64,000 bases of DNA from Eledone cirrhosa (GCA_964016885.1 OZ024762.1:7626001-7690000), one strand, 5' to 3'. Counted from the stretch's first letter, positions 1 to 13,583 are shown. Numbers and translations are program-made. Notes: generated by a model not told the origin, from the letters alone.

Positions 1-499
1 TCTGTTGGGGAGGGGAAAGACAATTAAATGGATCCTTATATCTTACTGCTACTTTATTTTATCAAACCCAGTGCATTACTGGTACTTTATTTTATCAACC
101 CGATTTTGCCAATCCACTGCCTTAATAATAAGTTGGCACAAGGCCAACAATTTGAGGGGAAGGGGAAAATCGATTAAATCGACTCCAGTATATTACTGGT
201 ACTTTATTTTATCGACCCCGTAAGGATGAAAGGTAAAGCTAACCTCGGCAGAATTTGAACTCAGAACGTAAAGGGCCGTAACGCTATGCTGAAAAGCATG
301 GTATCCAACTCTTCTGATACTGAATAATAATGATAATAATAATAATAATAATAATTTTTTTAAAAACAAATGTGGGTTCTCTAGTGATAAATCTTTCCGT
401 CATCAAGCCTAGCCAAATTTAACTTCCTATTTATAAATTATTTAACCATCTTGCCAACAACAACAACCGTGAGCACCTTTTTGAATTCCATATGTCTAA

Positions 500-1710
500 A
501 ACACGTGGACATGCTTACAAAGTCAGAAAACATTTTTTTCACGCCCAGAGTTGCTGAAGCATGGAACAAACTTCCTGCATCAGTTGTTAGCTGTCGGGAC
601 ACTGCATCCTTTAAAACCTCCATGGAACAAACTCCCTGCATCAATTGTTAGCTGTCGGGACACTGCATCCTTTAAAACCTCCATGGAACAAACTACCTGC
701 ATCAGTTGTTAGCTGTTGGGACACTGCATCCTTTAAAACCTCCATGGAACAAACTCCCTGCATCAATTGTTAGCTGTCGGGACACTGCATCCTTTAAAAC
801 CTCCATGGAACAAACTACCTGCATCAGTTGTTAGCTGTCGAGACACTGCATCCTTTAAAACCTCCATGGAACAAACTACCTGCATCAGTTGTTAGCTGTC
901 GAGACACTGCATCCTTTAAAACCTCCATGGAACAAACTACCTGCATCAGTTGTTAGCTGTCGAGACACTGCATCCTTTAAAACCTCCATGGAACAAACTA
1001 CCTGCATCAGTTGTTAGCTGTCGAGACACTGCATCCTTTAAAACCTCCATGGAACAAACTACCTGCATCAGTTGTTAGCTGTCGAGACACTGCATCCTTT
1101 AAAACCTCCATGGAACAAACTACCTGCATCAGTTGTTAGCTGTCGAGACACTGCATCCTTTAAAACCTCCATGGAACAAACTACCTGCATCAGTTGTTAG
1201 CTGTCGAGACACTGCATCCTTTAAAACCTCCATGGAACAAACTACCTGCATCAGTTGTTAGCTGTCGAGACACTGCATCCTTTAAAACCTCCATGGAACA
1301 AACTACCTGCATCAGTTGTTAGCTGTCGAGACACTGCATCCTTTAAAACCTCCATGGAACAAACTACCTGCATCAGTTGTTAGCTGTCGAGACACTGCAT
1401 CCTTTAAAACCTCCATGGAACAAACTACCTGCATCAGTTGTTAGCTGTCGAGACACTGCATCCTTTAAAACCTCCATGGAACAAACTACCTGCATCAGTT
1501 GTTAGCTGTCGAGACACTGCATCCTATAAAACCTCCATTCTTCCTGAGATTTGCCAACACTACACCTGATATTGCCCCTCCATACACACATGTGTGTCTG
1601 TATATAACATGACTCATACACTGTTCACTTTCCTGACATTTGTACATTATTCTATGTACTATACATGCACCTTTGATGAGTTGTAGTGCATCTGAGCACT
1701 GTACACAAAC
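500..1710 (+). mobile_element. 3' fragment of a CR1/L2-group LINE containing a 61-bp x about 16 tandem amplification (561-1537)
   Basis: FFTPRVAEAWNKLPASVVSCRDTASFKTS matches the CR1-group ORF2 C-terminal motif; unit atggaacaaactacctgcatcagttgttagctgtcgagacactgcatcctttaaaacctcc. Confidence 0.85.
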
Positions 1711-2670
1711 ATTTTCATTATTTTTTAAATGTGAGTGAATGAGAGGTTGTGGAGTTGATTCATTTCCCTGAAAAATACATCAGCAACATAAGTTCTTATT
1801 TTTTTTATATATATATATTTTTTTCTTTAGTATGAGGAGGAGAGAAAGTACCAATAGTCTATTCTGGTCTGCCTAGTGTGGGGGATAGTGTGAGGATGAG
1901 GAGAAGGATGAGGAGGAGGTTAGTCGAGTACATTTTCAGCTTGTATTCTTGCCTCTACCTATGTATGTGTGTAGCTGTATGAAGGTGTACGTATGTGTTT
2001 GTATGTGATTGATTTCTTGATGTAAGTGTGGATGTGCCAATACATACCTATGTACATGTGTGTATATCATCATCATCATCATCATCATCATTTTACGTCC
2101 GCTTTTCCCTGCTTGCAAGGGTGGTGGGACGGGTCCTATTCAGCACAGCATCTCTCCACTTGTCATGGTCCTTCGTCATCTCCTCCGTGAGCTTCAGCAA
2201 TCTGAGGTCTGCTATCACCAACTCCGTCCATGTTTTTTCGTGGTCTTCCTCTACTACGTCTTCTTCTACTGGGATTTCTTGTATATATATATATATATAT
2301 ATAATACAGAAGACCCGCCTTGCCTAAGTACAAAGCGAAACCTACAGTCTGTAGGCACCTCTAACAAAAATACACCCCCGTCCCACCACCCCTTTTGATG
2401 TAAAGTTATGTTGGTACCACAACATCCAGCCCTAAATAAATAAAAAACACACAGTCCACGCTGTAATGTGGCCGTGTAGGTAACACGGCAAAAACCTCCC
2501 AGTCCACACTGTAAACGTGGTTGGTGTTAGGAAGGGCATCTAGCCGTAGAAAACCTGCCAGACAGTCCTATACGAGCAAGACAACCAATCTTGCCTCAAG
2601 TGGGAAAATTCCCGTCCAAACCCATGCAAGCGTGGAAGGTGGACGTTAAACGATGATGATGATGATGATG

Positions 2671-2699
<29 letters not shown>

Positions 2700-2701
<2 letters not shown>

Positions 2702-2908
2702 GGTTAGCTGGCCATGTTCACCGATATCCAGAGTTGACATTGCACCCAGTGCTCCTGTGGGAGCCCATGCATGGACACACTGGAAGAGGAAGAGCGAGGT
2801 TGACATATGTTGATTCCCTAAGGACAGACACTGGTCTCTTGGAGACGCAGGACATGGCAGTGATAATGAAGATAATGAGGGACAGAAACCGCTGGAGAGA
2901 ACTCATCC
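2700..2908 (+). mobile_element. RTE-clade LINE ORF 3' fragment
   Basis: RLAGHVHRYPEL...VLLWEPMHGHTGRGRARLTYVDSLRTDTGL...MRDRNRWR; related pieces at about 13945-14080 (minus) and 14134-14172 (plus). Confidence 0.8.
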
Positions 2909-2939
2909 ATGGATATATATATATATCATCATCATCATT

Positions 2940-3312
2940 TTTACGTCCGCTTTTCCCTGCTTGCAAGGGTGGGACGGGAACTGATTCTGGCTTGATTTCT
3001 ACAGCTGGATGCCCTTCCTAACACCAACCTCATTTACAGTGAGTGCTGGGTGCTTTTTTTTCCGTGGCACCTCTACGACCACTTTACAGTGTGGGCTGGG
3101 TGCTTTTTTGCCGTGGTACCTCCACGACCACTTTGCAGTGGAATGATAGGGACCCCAGTCCCTATCATCTCATTTATACAGCTGAGTAAACTGGAGCAAT
3201 GTGAAATAAAGTGTCTTGCTCAAGGAAACAACACATCACCCGGTCTGAGAATTGAACTCACAACCTTTCGATTGCAAGACCAATGCTCTAACTACTAAGC
3301 CATGTGCCTCCA
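2940..3312 (-). mobile_element. tRNA-derived CORE-type SINE
   Basis: Near-identical reverse complement of 32910-33240. Confidence 0.8.
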
Positions 3313-4273
3313 CATATATATATATATATATGACGGACTCTCCTGTCGATATCCGACGTGTGAGTGTCCAACAAAAGTTCAGCTCTCTGGAAGGCGGTGT
3401 CTCATGTGACATTTCAATCCCGCAAAAGAGCGGCGGAAATACGAGGAAGTGAACTGATGTTGAACTACCCACACAAAGTTTTGTTTTACGAGGTGAAGGC
3501 TTGTGTAGGACCAACCACACTTTTTGGAACTGACGACACATATCTTCGGTGCAAATGTTTGCCACGGAAAATACGACGACAGCCCTCATGAAAAAAAAAG
3601 AAGAAAAAAAAGTACTATTTGGATGGCCATTGGCTCTGCTGAGTCTTGTATTTCATCTCGCAGGGTGTCCAAATATCACCCCCTTCACCAAGCAAGCTTG
3701 CTGGGGTTGCCGGTTTAGTTGCTGATGACCCGACCATGAGACAGATTGTACTGGGTTACATGTTACCAGTAGCACTCGAGAGTGACCTGACATAATATAT
3801 ATATATACAAACAGAAATTTAAACTAAGATTATCCATCTCTGTGTAATTTGCGATGTAGTGTTAGGAGGTGATTGTGTAAAAAAATATGTTGTGTATTTC
3901 ATCATTATTATTATTATTGTGTTGGATTGGCAGTATCGGTAGAGGGTCGGACGCCAGCAAAGAGTTCAAATCCCGCCGAGGTTAACTTTGCCTTTCATCC
4001 TTACGGGGGTCGATAAAATAAAGTACCAGTAATACACTGGGATATTTGCTGGCCTTGTGCCAAAAGTAGAAACAATTATTATGCTTTGAAGCATAGAGTT
4101 ACCTCCCTGTATGATCTGAGTTCAAATCCCGCCGAGGTTAACTTTGCCTTTCATCCTTCCGGGGTCGATAGAATAAAATACCAGTAATGCACTGGGTAAT
4201 TGCTGGCCTTGTGCCTAAAGTAGAAAGAATTATTATTATCATTATTATTATCATTTATTTTCTTTTATTTCAG

Positions 4274-4364
4274 GGAAGCTGCTGAAGTTGATACAAACCC
4301 TTTTGGTGTGATATATGTCTACTTTGATGATTCTACAACCAATTCCAACATCGGTTCTGACTAA
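4274..4364 (+). CDS. Possible terminal exon of an unidentified upstream gene
   Basis: Strong acceptor ttttcttttatttcag followed by unique non-repeat sequence. Reading frame is unresolved (EAAEVDTNPFGVIYVYFDDSTTNSNIGSD*, KLLKLIQTLLV* or GSC*). No family recognised. Confidence 0.3.
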
Positions 4365-4629
4365 ACAGACCCCACTTTGTTCTGACTGTACGAATATTTA
4401 CAAAAAAAACCCCACAAAAACCTTAAGAACAAACAATAAAGAACCCCCTCCCCCACGGGGGGAAGTCCATTGTTAACCTGTCTAAATACAGTACAATGTT
4501 GGTTCCATTTTACCATCATATTTATGCTTGGCGCTCAGACACAACTTTGCTTCTTTCTAACTGTCACAGCCCTCACATACTGTCATAGAGTACAACATAT
4601 GCCCTTATTAAACTTTTACATAGCTAACT

Positions 4630-6560
4630 CAGTATAGTGAAGTACAGTACAGTAGAGTACATTAAACTACAGTATAGTACAGTGAAGTGAAGTGCAGTAT
4701 ATTGAATTGAAGTACAATACAGTACAGTGCAATACACTACATTAAAAGTACAGTGCAGTACAGTATGTTAAAAATAAAGTACTGTACAGTACAGTATAGT
4801 GCAGTATATTGAAGTACAGTGAAGTATAGTAGAGTACAGTGAAATACAATTCAGTGAAATACACTACATTAAAAGTGCAGTGCAGTATGCTAAAAATAAA
4901 GTACAGTACAGTGAAATACACTACCTTAAAAGTACAGTACAATACAGTGAAATACACTACATTAAAAGTACAGTACAGTGAAATACACTACATTAAAAGT
5001 ACAGTACAGTGAAATACACTACATTAAAAGTACAGTACAGTGAAATACACTACATTAAAAGTACAGTACAGTGAAATACACTACATTAAAAGTACAGTAC
5101 AGTGAAATACACTACCTTAAAAGTACAGTACAATACAGTGAAATACACTACATTAAAAGTACAGTACAGTGAAATACACTACATTAAAAGTACAGTAAAG
5201 TACAGTACAGTGAAATACACTACATTAAAAGTACAGTACAGTGAAATACACTACATTAAAAGTACAGTAAAGTACAGTACAGTGAAATACACTACCTACA
5301 TTAACAGTGCTGTGAAGTACAGTTAATTAAAAATACAATGAAGTACAGTATATTATATTGCACTACAATTAAGTGAAATACATTACATTAAAAGTACAGT
5401 GAAATACAGTACATTAAAGTATGTGACAGTGAAGTACATTACAGTAAAAGTACTGTTAAGTACAGTACATTAAAAATACAATGAAGTACAGTATATTATA
5501 GTACAGTGAAATACATCACATTAAAAGTACAATAAAGTACATTACAGTGAAATACAGTACAGTAAAGTACGTTACAGTGAAATGCAGTGCAGTAAAGTAC
5601 ATTACAGTGAAATACAGTACAGTAAAAGTGCAGTACAGTAAAGTACATTACAGTGAAATACAGTACAGTAAAAGTGCAGTGAAATACAGTACAGTAAAAA
5701 TGCAGTACAGTAAAGTACATTACAGTGAAATACAGTAAAAATGCAGTACAGTAAAGTACGTTACAGTGAAATACAGTACAGTAAAGTACGTTACAGTGAA
5801 ATACAGTACAGTAAAAATGCAGTACAGTAAAGTACATTACAGTGAAATACAGTACAGTAAAGTACGTTACAGTGAAATACAGTAAAGTACATTACAGTGA
5901 AATACAGTACAGTAAAAGTGCAGTACAGTAAAGTACATTACAGTGAAATACAGTACAGTAAAGTACATTACAGTAAAAGTGCAGTACAGTAAAGTACATT
6001 ACAGTGAAATACAGTACAGTAAAGTACATTACAGTGAAATACAGTACAGTAAAGTACGTTACAGTGAAATACAGTACAGTAAAGTACATTACAGTGAAAT
6101 ACAGTACAGTAAAAGTGCAGTACAGTAAAGTACATTACAGTGAAATACAGTACAGTAAAGTACATTACAGTAAAAGTGCAGTACAGTAAAGTACATTACA
6201 GTGAAATACAGTACAGTAAAGTACATTACAGTGAAATACAGTACAGTAAAGTACGTTACAGTGAAATACAGTACAGTAAAGTACATTACAGTGAAATACA
6301 GTACAGTAAAAGTGCAGTACAGTAAAGTACATTACAGTGAAATACAGTACAGTAAAGTACATTACAGTAAAAGTGCAGTACAGTAAAGTACATTACAGTG
6401 AAATACAGTACAGTAAAGTACATTACAGTGAAATACAGTACAGTAAAGTACGTTACAGTGAAATACAGTACAGTAAAGTACATTACAGTGAAATACAGTA
6501 CAGTAAAAGTGCAGTGAAGTACAGTACATTAAATACTGTTATATAGTACCATACTCTGCA
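4630..6560. repeat. CAGTA-pentamer-derived satellite with a 197-bp higher-order repeat
   Basis: acagtacagtaaagtacattacagtgaaat units; identical ORFs recur at 5892, 6089 and 6286 (period 197). Confidence 0.92.
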
Positions 6561-6991
6561 TTAAAAGTATAGTACCAGTAATGCACTGGTGTCAATTTAA
6601 TCAACTTTCCCTCCTCTCCCCTCCCCCAAATTACTGGCCTTGTGCCTAAATGATTATTATTATTATTATTATTCTTGTCGTTTTCCCACCCTCCCACACA
6701 AAACCCTGTACTGTAGTAAAAGAAGACTTTAGCTATGTGTAAAGTTGCTATGAAACATTGGTTTCATTCATTCCAGCTGCTTCTCCTCTGGACTGCGACC
6801 TTGTTGGTCAAGAGGACATATTATTGTGATATCACACTGGACCAAAGTGGAACAAGAGACAACAACAAACAACAAAAACTATAAAATATATAAAAAGATA
6901 TTAAAAAAAGAACAAAACTCCCAAACTTTTGACACACGAACTGACCTCATAAAATATATCTTCCATCCACAGTGGCTGGCAATTTGAAAGC

Positions 6992-7035
<44 letters not shown>

Positions 7036-9364
7036 CACAGATACACACACATACACATATATATATATATATATACAGACACATACACAATATATACAAA
7101 AACATACACACACACACATATATATATATATATTTACAAACACATATATACAGACACACACACACATATAAATATTTACACACACACATATGCAGACACA
7201 CATACACTTACACACATATATACAGATACACATACACACATATATATATATACAACACATATCATCGTTATTTTATGTCCGCTTTCCGTGCTGGCATGGG
7301 TTGGACAGTTTGTCACGGTCCGAGTCAGTTCTTATGTCTAATTACTACCCTCCAAGATGGATTGGAAGACCCTGTTTCACTTGTATATTGTAATGTTAGA
7401 CACAGCTTCTAATGCTGGATGCCCTTCTCAACACCAACCACTTTACAGAGTGTACTGGGTGGGTTTTTATCATGGCGTCAACACAAGAGAGGCTGTCATA
7501 AGTCTGACTAAAAAGTCCTTTCAAGTCCCTTTTGGTATGGTCCTTACAGCTGGATGCCCTTCCTAACATCAGTCACTTTACAGAGTGTACTGGGTGTGTT
7601 TTTTTTATCATGGCACCAATACTAGAGAGTTGTCATGATTTTGATAAGACTGAAGGGTCCCTTTAGGCATGGTCTCTACAGCTGGATGCCCTTTCTAACA
7701 CCGGTCACTTTACAGAGTGTACTGGGTGTATTTTTTATCATGGTGTCAACACGACAGAAGGGTTGTCATGCCCTTGACTTTTTACTTTGGTCATTTTTGT
7801 TAAGTTCTAAGTCAGCTCTGACCATGCAGCAGATCTGTGGTGTTCCAACCATGACCATCCAATTTTTTTTGGTGGTGTTGCCTATCTAGAACTTCACTAT
7901 CCAGTATATCTTTCTGTATTCCAGATGGTAGGGTGCGAGTTGGAGATTTTGCTGTTATTTCTAGCAGTTCAGGTGACCTTGTAGAGGCTCCCTTGTTGGC
8001 TCACATGGACTTCTGTTAATGGTGGTGGTGTGTGGCCTAGTGGTAAGGGTGTTGGGCTTACGATCATAATGTTGTGGGTTCGATTCCTGGGATGGGTTGT
8101 GTGTTGTGTTCTTGAGCAAGACACTTCATTTCACATTGCTCCAGTATACTCAGCTATAGAAATGAGTATCAGCAATGGATGGGAAATTTAACCCTGCGAT
8201 GGACTGGTATCCTCTCCAGGGGGAAGTCTTGTACTCTCAGTTGCTTCACACTACAGAAACTGGGACAAGTTCTGGCCTGATGGGCCTACAGGCTTGAGGC
8301 AGACTTTAACGCTGCGATGGACTGGCGTCCTGTCCAGGGGTGAGTCTTGTGCTCTCAGTCACTTCACACAATGGAAACCAGGATAAACACCGGTGTGATG
8401 AGCCTCTGGGCTTGTGACAAAGACAGGCTTTAGACTGGAGGAAGGGACAGTGCTCATGGCTATCATAAGTCCTCCAAGACTTGAGAGATTGATGTCTGGC
8501 AAGGTCTGGTAAAAGGGACAGAGCCCATAGCTTTTTTTTTCACAGACCCCTCTGAAACTAGAAGGGATTAATGCTAGATTTGAAGGGAGTTAAATTCATG
8601 ACAGCACGCCTCCCCCCCCACCCTACTAGTCTTGTTGTTTAGTCACAAGTTAGTCCTGACCCAACCAACCAACCATATCAATGATCAAAGGCGTTCCAAC
8701 CATGAACATCACCTCATTTTTGTATAAACCAAGATTACATTCATTTTTTTTCTTTTAGCCGTTTTACTGTTTTTTTTTTAGTCATTAGACTGCGGCCATG
8801 CTGGGGCATCACATTTGAGAGGATTTATCTCAAGTGTGGTATTTATTTTATCAAAGATATACTTGTCCTAGTTTATTGTTTGTATATGGAGGGGGGGGGG
8901 GGGCACATACACACCACTACAACCACCGCCAACAACACTACTACCAACACGACAACCATCAACAACACCACCAACAACCACCACAACTGCCATCACACCA
9001 CCAACAACACCACAACCACACCACAACCACCAACAACAGTGATAAACAGAAGTGCGACAAAATTATCAAAAAAAAAAAAAACCATCAGTTTTAAAAAAGA
9101 CCCCCCCCCCCCTCGTCCTATATTTCATAACCCCACCACCACCATCATTGCCATCCAAATATGTTTTCTTTTTTTTTAAATATATGTTTCTCCTTCCATC
9201 GTTAAACTGCTCAGTATATCATATAAAATATATTTCCAAGACATCTACTGCTTATACCAAATAAAGGAAGTCTTGAAATTTTTAAACTGTAAAAAACAAA
9301 CAAACAAACAATAAAAAAAACAAAACAAAACCCCAATAAATCTCTTGTATTTCTTTCTTCTATT

Positions 9365-9714
9365 CTAGGGGTGTGAAACAGGTGGCCCGCAGGCCACAAT
9401 CCGGCCCGGCCGCAGGCCACAATCCGACCTGGCCTGCAGGCCACAATCTGGCCCGGCCCGCCAGAGTGGTGCGCGATGACCATTTTTAATTTTTACCTTG
9501 TAAGCTTAGAATTTTTTTTCGTAATTGTAATACAATTTTCTGTTAGTTGACCTATACTAAAGGGCTTCACAGATAGGGTTCTGCGTTATAATTTCCCAGT
9601 TCCATGTTATGGAAACAAGTGGTTTTCATTAGATTACATATTTTTGACAGCAACTTGCCCTATAGTTGTTCCAATGTTCAAAAGTGGCCTGCCAATGGAA
9701 TATGTTGCACACCC
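9365..9714. mobile_element. hAT-like MITE
   Basis: ggggtgtgaaac...gttgcacacccc termini; subterminal ggcccgcaggccac repeats. Confidence 0.6.
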
Positions 9715-10829
9715 CAAAACTCACAGAGGAGATGACAAAGGACCATGTTGAATGGAGAGCTGCTGTGCTGAATAGGACCCGTCCCAGAATTACTTGTTTA
9801 GTTTACATATTGAGACCCCAACCCATCCTATTTATTTTATAACATATGGGATTTCTAGTAATGTACTTTTGTCATGTATAAAGAAAATTGTCACAGGAAT
9901 GCTACCACTTAACCCTTTAGCATTTAATCTGGCCAGAATTCTCTCACCTGAAAGGTAAAGTTAATCTCGGCGGCATTTGAACTCAGAACGCAAAAGGCCA
10001 TAACTCTATGCTGCAAAGCATGGTGTCCAACCCTCTACCAGTACTGCCAATCAACAACAACAATAATAATTGTTTCCACTTTTGGCACAAGGCCAGCAAT
10101 TACCCCAGTGCATTACTGGTACTTTATTTTATCGACCCCGTAAGGATGAAAGGCAAAGTTAACCTCTGAGGGATTTGAACTCAGACCATAAAGGGCCGTA
10201 ACTCTTTGCTGCAAAGCATGGCGTTTGACCCTCTACCGATACTGCCAAAACGAAAGGGCTGTGCGTAAATAACAAAAACAACAACAACAACAACAACAAG
10301 AACAATAATAATAATAACAGTAACGAAAACAAGTTTTATTCATATTCATATTTTTCTTTGCACATAAATTTCTCTGCTTTATGCAAGAAAAAAAAAAAGA
10401 AAAAAACGTAAAAACATTAACAAAAAGACAATCAACGAACTCAAATGGAAGAGTTTGGAATGTCAAAAATAAAAGGATTCTTCAACTGTATAAACACTCT
10501 TTAAAAGAATTTCTTTGTAACAAATCTTCACCAAAAGGTTTAAACAGGTTTGCAAACTTCCACAAATCTAATTACATATTCATACATACAGACATATATA
10601 TCTATATCTATAAATAATACACAATATTACACCATTGGCTACCAGTGGTTTCATGATCAAAAAAAGAAAAAGCTTACATAATATGTGTTAACTGTTGGTC
10701 ACGGTAGCTGATGAAGTAACATCCTGTGTAGAATTTATAGAGAAATATTAGCTCTACTTCTGGATATAGAGCACTCTCTTTTCTTGATGATGATTATTAT
10801 GATTAAGTGTGTGTATAATGTGTGTGTGG

Positions 10830-10863
<34 letters not shown>

Positions 10864-11235
10864 GTATGCCAACTTGATGAAAGCAGCGTGTTTAGATCCT
10901 ATTAGATCTCCTCAGGGAAGTATATATATATATAAACGATGATGATATATATAATCACTTCATTATATATATATATATATGTATGTATGTATGCCAACTT
11001 GACGAAAGCAACATGTTTCGATCATATTAGATCTCATCAGGGAAGCATATTCAAGCGTGTGTGTGTATATATATATATATATATGTATGTATTTTTGTGT
11101 GTGGTTCTATTGTGTATATATATATGTGTGTGTGTAAAACTATACACTCAATGAAATTAATTAGAATGTAAAAACTCAATATAAATCTGGGTAAATGAAA
11201 CAATTAAACTGGCAAAAAACATCTTAAACACACAC

Positions 11236-11293
<58 letters not shown>

Positions 11294-11361
11294 GTCATTA
11301 AGTATGAAATGTCTGATTTCAAATTGAAAGTTTAAAGGAAATCGGACATTTCATACTTAAC

Positions 11362-11424
<63 letters not shown>

Positions 11425-12009
11425 TACATAAATATGAGTTGGGACTCAGCTGTTGAAACGGCAGAAGCTCAGCCGTCGGGGTCTTGAATTTTTCATATAT
11501 ACAGAGAGAGAGAGAGAGGGGGGGGGGAGAGAGAGGTGAAGAATGTTTCCTAACCGAACCAAAACTAAAATCTACATTATTTCTTTGTTGTTCTCTCTAA
11601 AGAACCAGAATGGTTTGGTTTGGTTCGCTGCCATTAGAGGCAACAAAGTAGACACAACAACAACAAACACAACACAACACAACACAACACAACACAACAC
11701 AACACAACACAACACAACACACACACACCATAGAGAGAAACATTTGAAGTAATTCTAGCTGTGACATTGTTGTTGTAATTATTCAGAAGTTGACAGCAGT
11801 TAACAAGAGTTTGTAGGATGGTGTGTGTATGTGTGTGTGTGTATATGTGTGTGAGGGGGAGAGGAGAGAGACTCTTCCCCCTCCAAATATCTGGTGGGGA
11901 GGAGAAGGGGAGAGGGACTGATGAAGGAATCTGAATTCTCCAATGTAAGGAGATATGGTAAATCTAAGAACAAAAAAAAGATGGAACTATTGAACAAAAT
12001 AAGGAAATT

Positions 12010-12728
12010 ATATATATATATATGTGTGTGTGTGTATGTGTTTATATATATATATGTAAATGTGTGTGTATATATAATTATACATGTATATATGTGTGTA
12101 TGTATATACACAGACACACACTCATATATATATAACAAGTACATACATACCTATATCTTTATATGTATGTATATATACATATATACACAAATATATATAT
12201 ACACATATATACACAAATATATATATACACATATATATATATACATATATACATATATATATACATATATATACACACATATATATATACACACATATAT
12301 ATATACACACATATATATATACACACATATATATATACACACATATATATATACACATATATATATATACACATATATATATATACACATATATATATAC
12401 ACACATATATATATATACACATATATATATACACACATATATATATATACACATATATATATATACACACATATATATATATACACATATATATATATAC
12501 ACACATATATATATATACACACATATATATATACACACATATATATATACACACATATATATATACACACATATATATATACACATATATATATATATAC
12601 ACATATATATATATATATACACATATATATATATATATATACACATATATATATATATATACACATATATATATATACACATATATATATATACACATAT
12701 ATATATATACACATATATATATATACAC

Positions 12729-12759
<31 letters not shown>

Positions 12760-12976
12760 TATATATATATATACACACATATATATATATATATATACAC
12801 ACATATATATATATATATACACACATATATATATATATATACACATATATATATATATATACACATATATATACACACATATATATATACACACATATAT
12901 ATATACACATATATATATACATATATACATACACATATATATATACATATATACACATATATATACACATATACAT

Positions 12977-13021
<45 letters not shown>

Positions 13022-13195
13022 TATACATACATATATATATACATACATATATATATACATACATATATATACACATACATATATATATACATACATATAT
13101 ATACACATATATACATACATATATATATATATATATATACACATATATACATACATATATATATATATATATATACACATATATATATATATATG
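12010..13195. repeat. (TA)n/(CA)n compound microsatellite
   Basis: Direct reading; similar tracts throughout 38-45 kb, 49-57 kb and 62.7-63.6 kb. Confidence 0.97.
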
Positions 13196-13252
13196 CTAAG
13201 TATTGACAGTCAAGACAATGAACTCAATACCATAATAGAGATTAATATTTTC

Positions 13253-13583
13253 TTTATGGAGGTTAAATTTGAGTCCTGCTACTCTGGAGTTTCACCTGTA
13301 AATACACAGGGCAATCAGACAAGACTAGGGTCTTGTCTGAAGATCCTGTGAATACACAGGGCAATCAGACAAGACTAGGGTCTTGTCTGAAGATCCTGTG
13401 AATACACAGGGCAATCAGACAAGACCCCAGTCTTGTCTGAAGATCCTGTAAATACACAGGGCAATCAGACAAGACTGGGGTCTTGTCTGAAGATCCTGTG
13501 AATTCACAGGGCAATCAGACAAGACCCCAGAATACACAGGTGAAACTCCAGAGTAGCAGGACTGAAACTTGGCCTCAATAAAG
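13253..13583. repeat. Fold-back element: about 45-bp inverted arms enclosing about 4.6 copies of a 50-bp hairpin-containing unit
   Basis: Arms agtcctgctactctggagtttcacctgt / acaggtgaaactccagagtagcaggact; unit ctgtgaatacacagggcaatcagacaagactagggtcttgtctgaagatc. Confidence 0.92.
13480..13562 (+). ncRNA. Type I hammerhead ribozyme motif ending a 50-bp tandem array
   Basis: gtcttgt-CTGAAGA-t cctgtg...cacagg t-GAAA-ctc ca gag-TA-gcaggac: 7-bp stem I with two G-U pairs, GUA site; AATAAA at 13577-13582. Confidence 0.7.

Noticed and set aside
561-1537. CRISPR-like regular array (also 13296-13530 and 19397-20052)
   Set aside because: Units are contiguous with no unique spacers, there are no cas genes, and the context is eukaryotic.
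4327-4362. Possible SECIS (ATGA...AA...GA)
   Set aside because: Helix II cannot pair adjacent to the GA quartet.
11894-13351. Long ORFs (up to 485 aa) rich in Y/I/H/T, and the many similar ORFs at 39-57 kb and 62.6-63.4 kb
   Set aside because: Translations of (TA)n/(CA)n microsatellites, which lack stop codons by composition.
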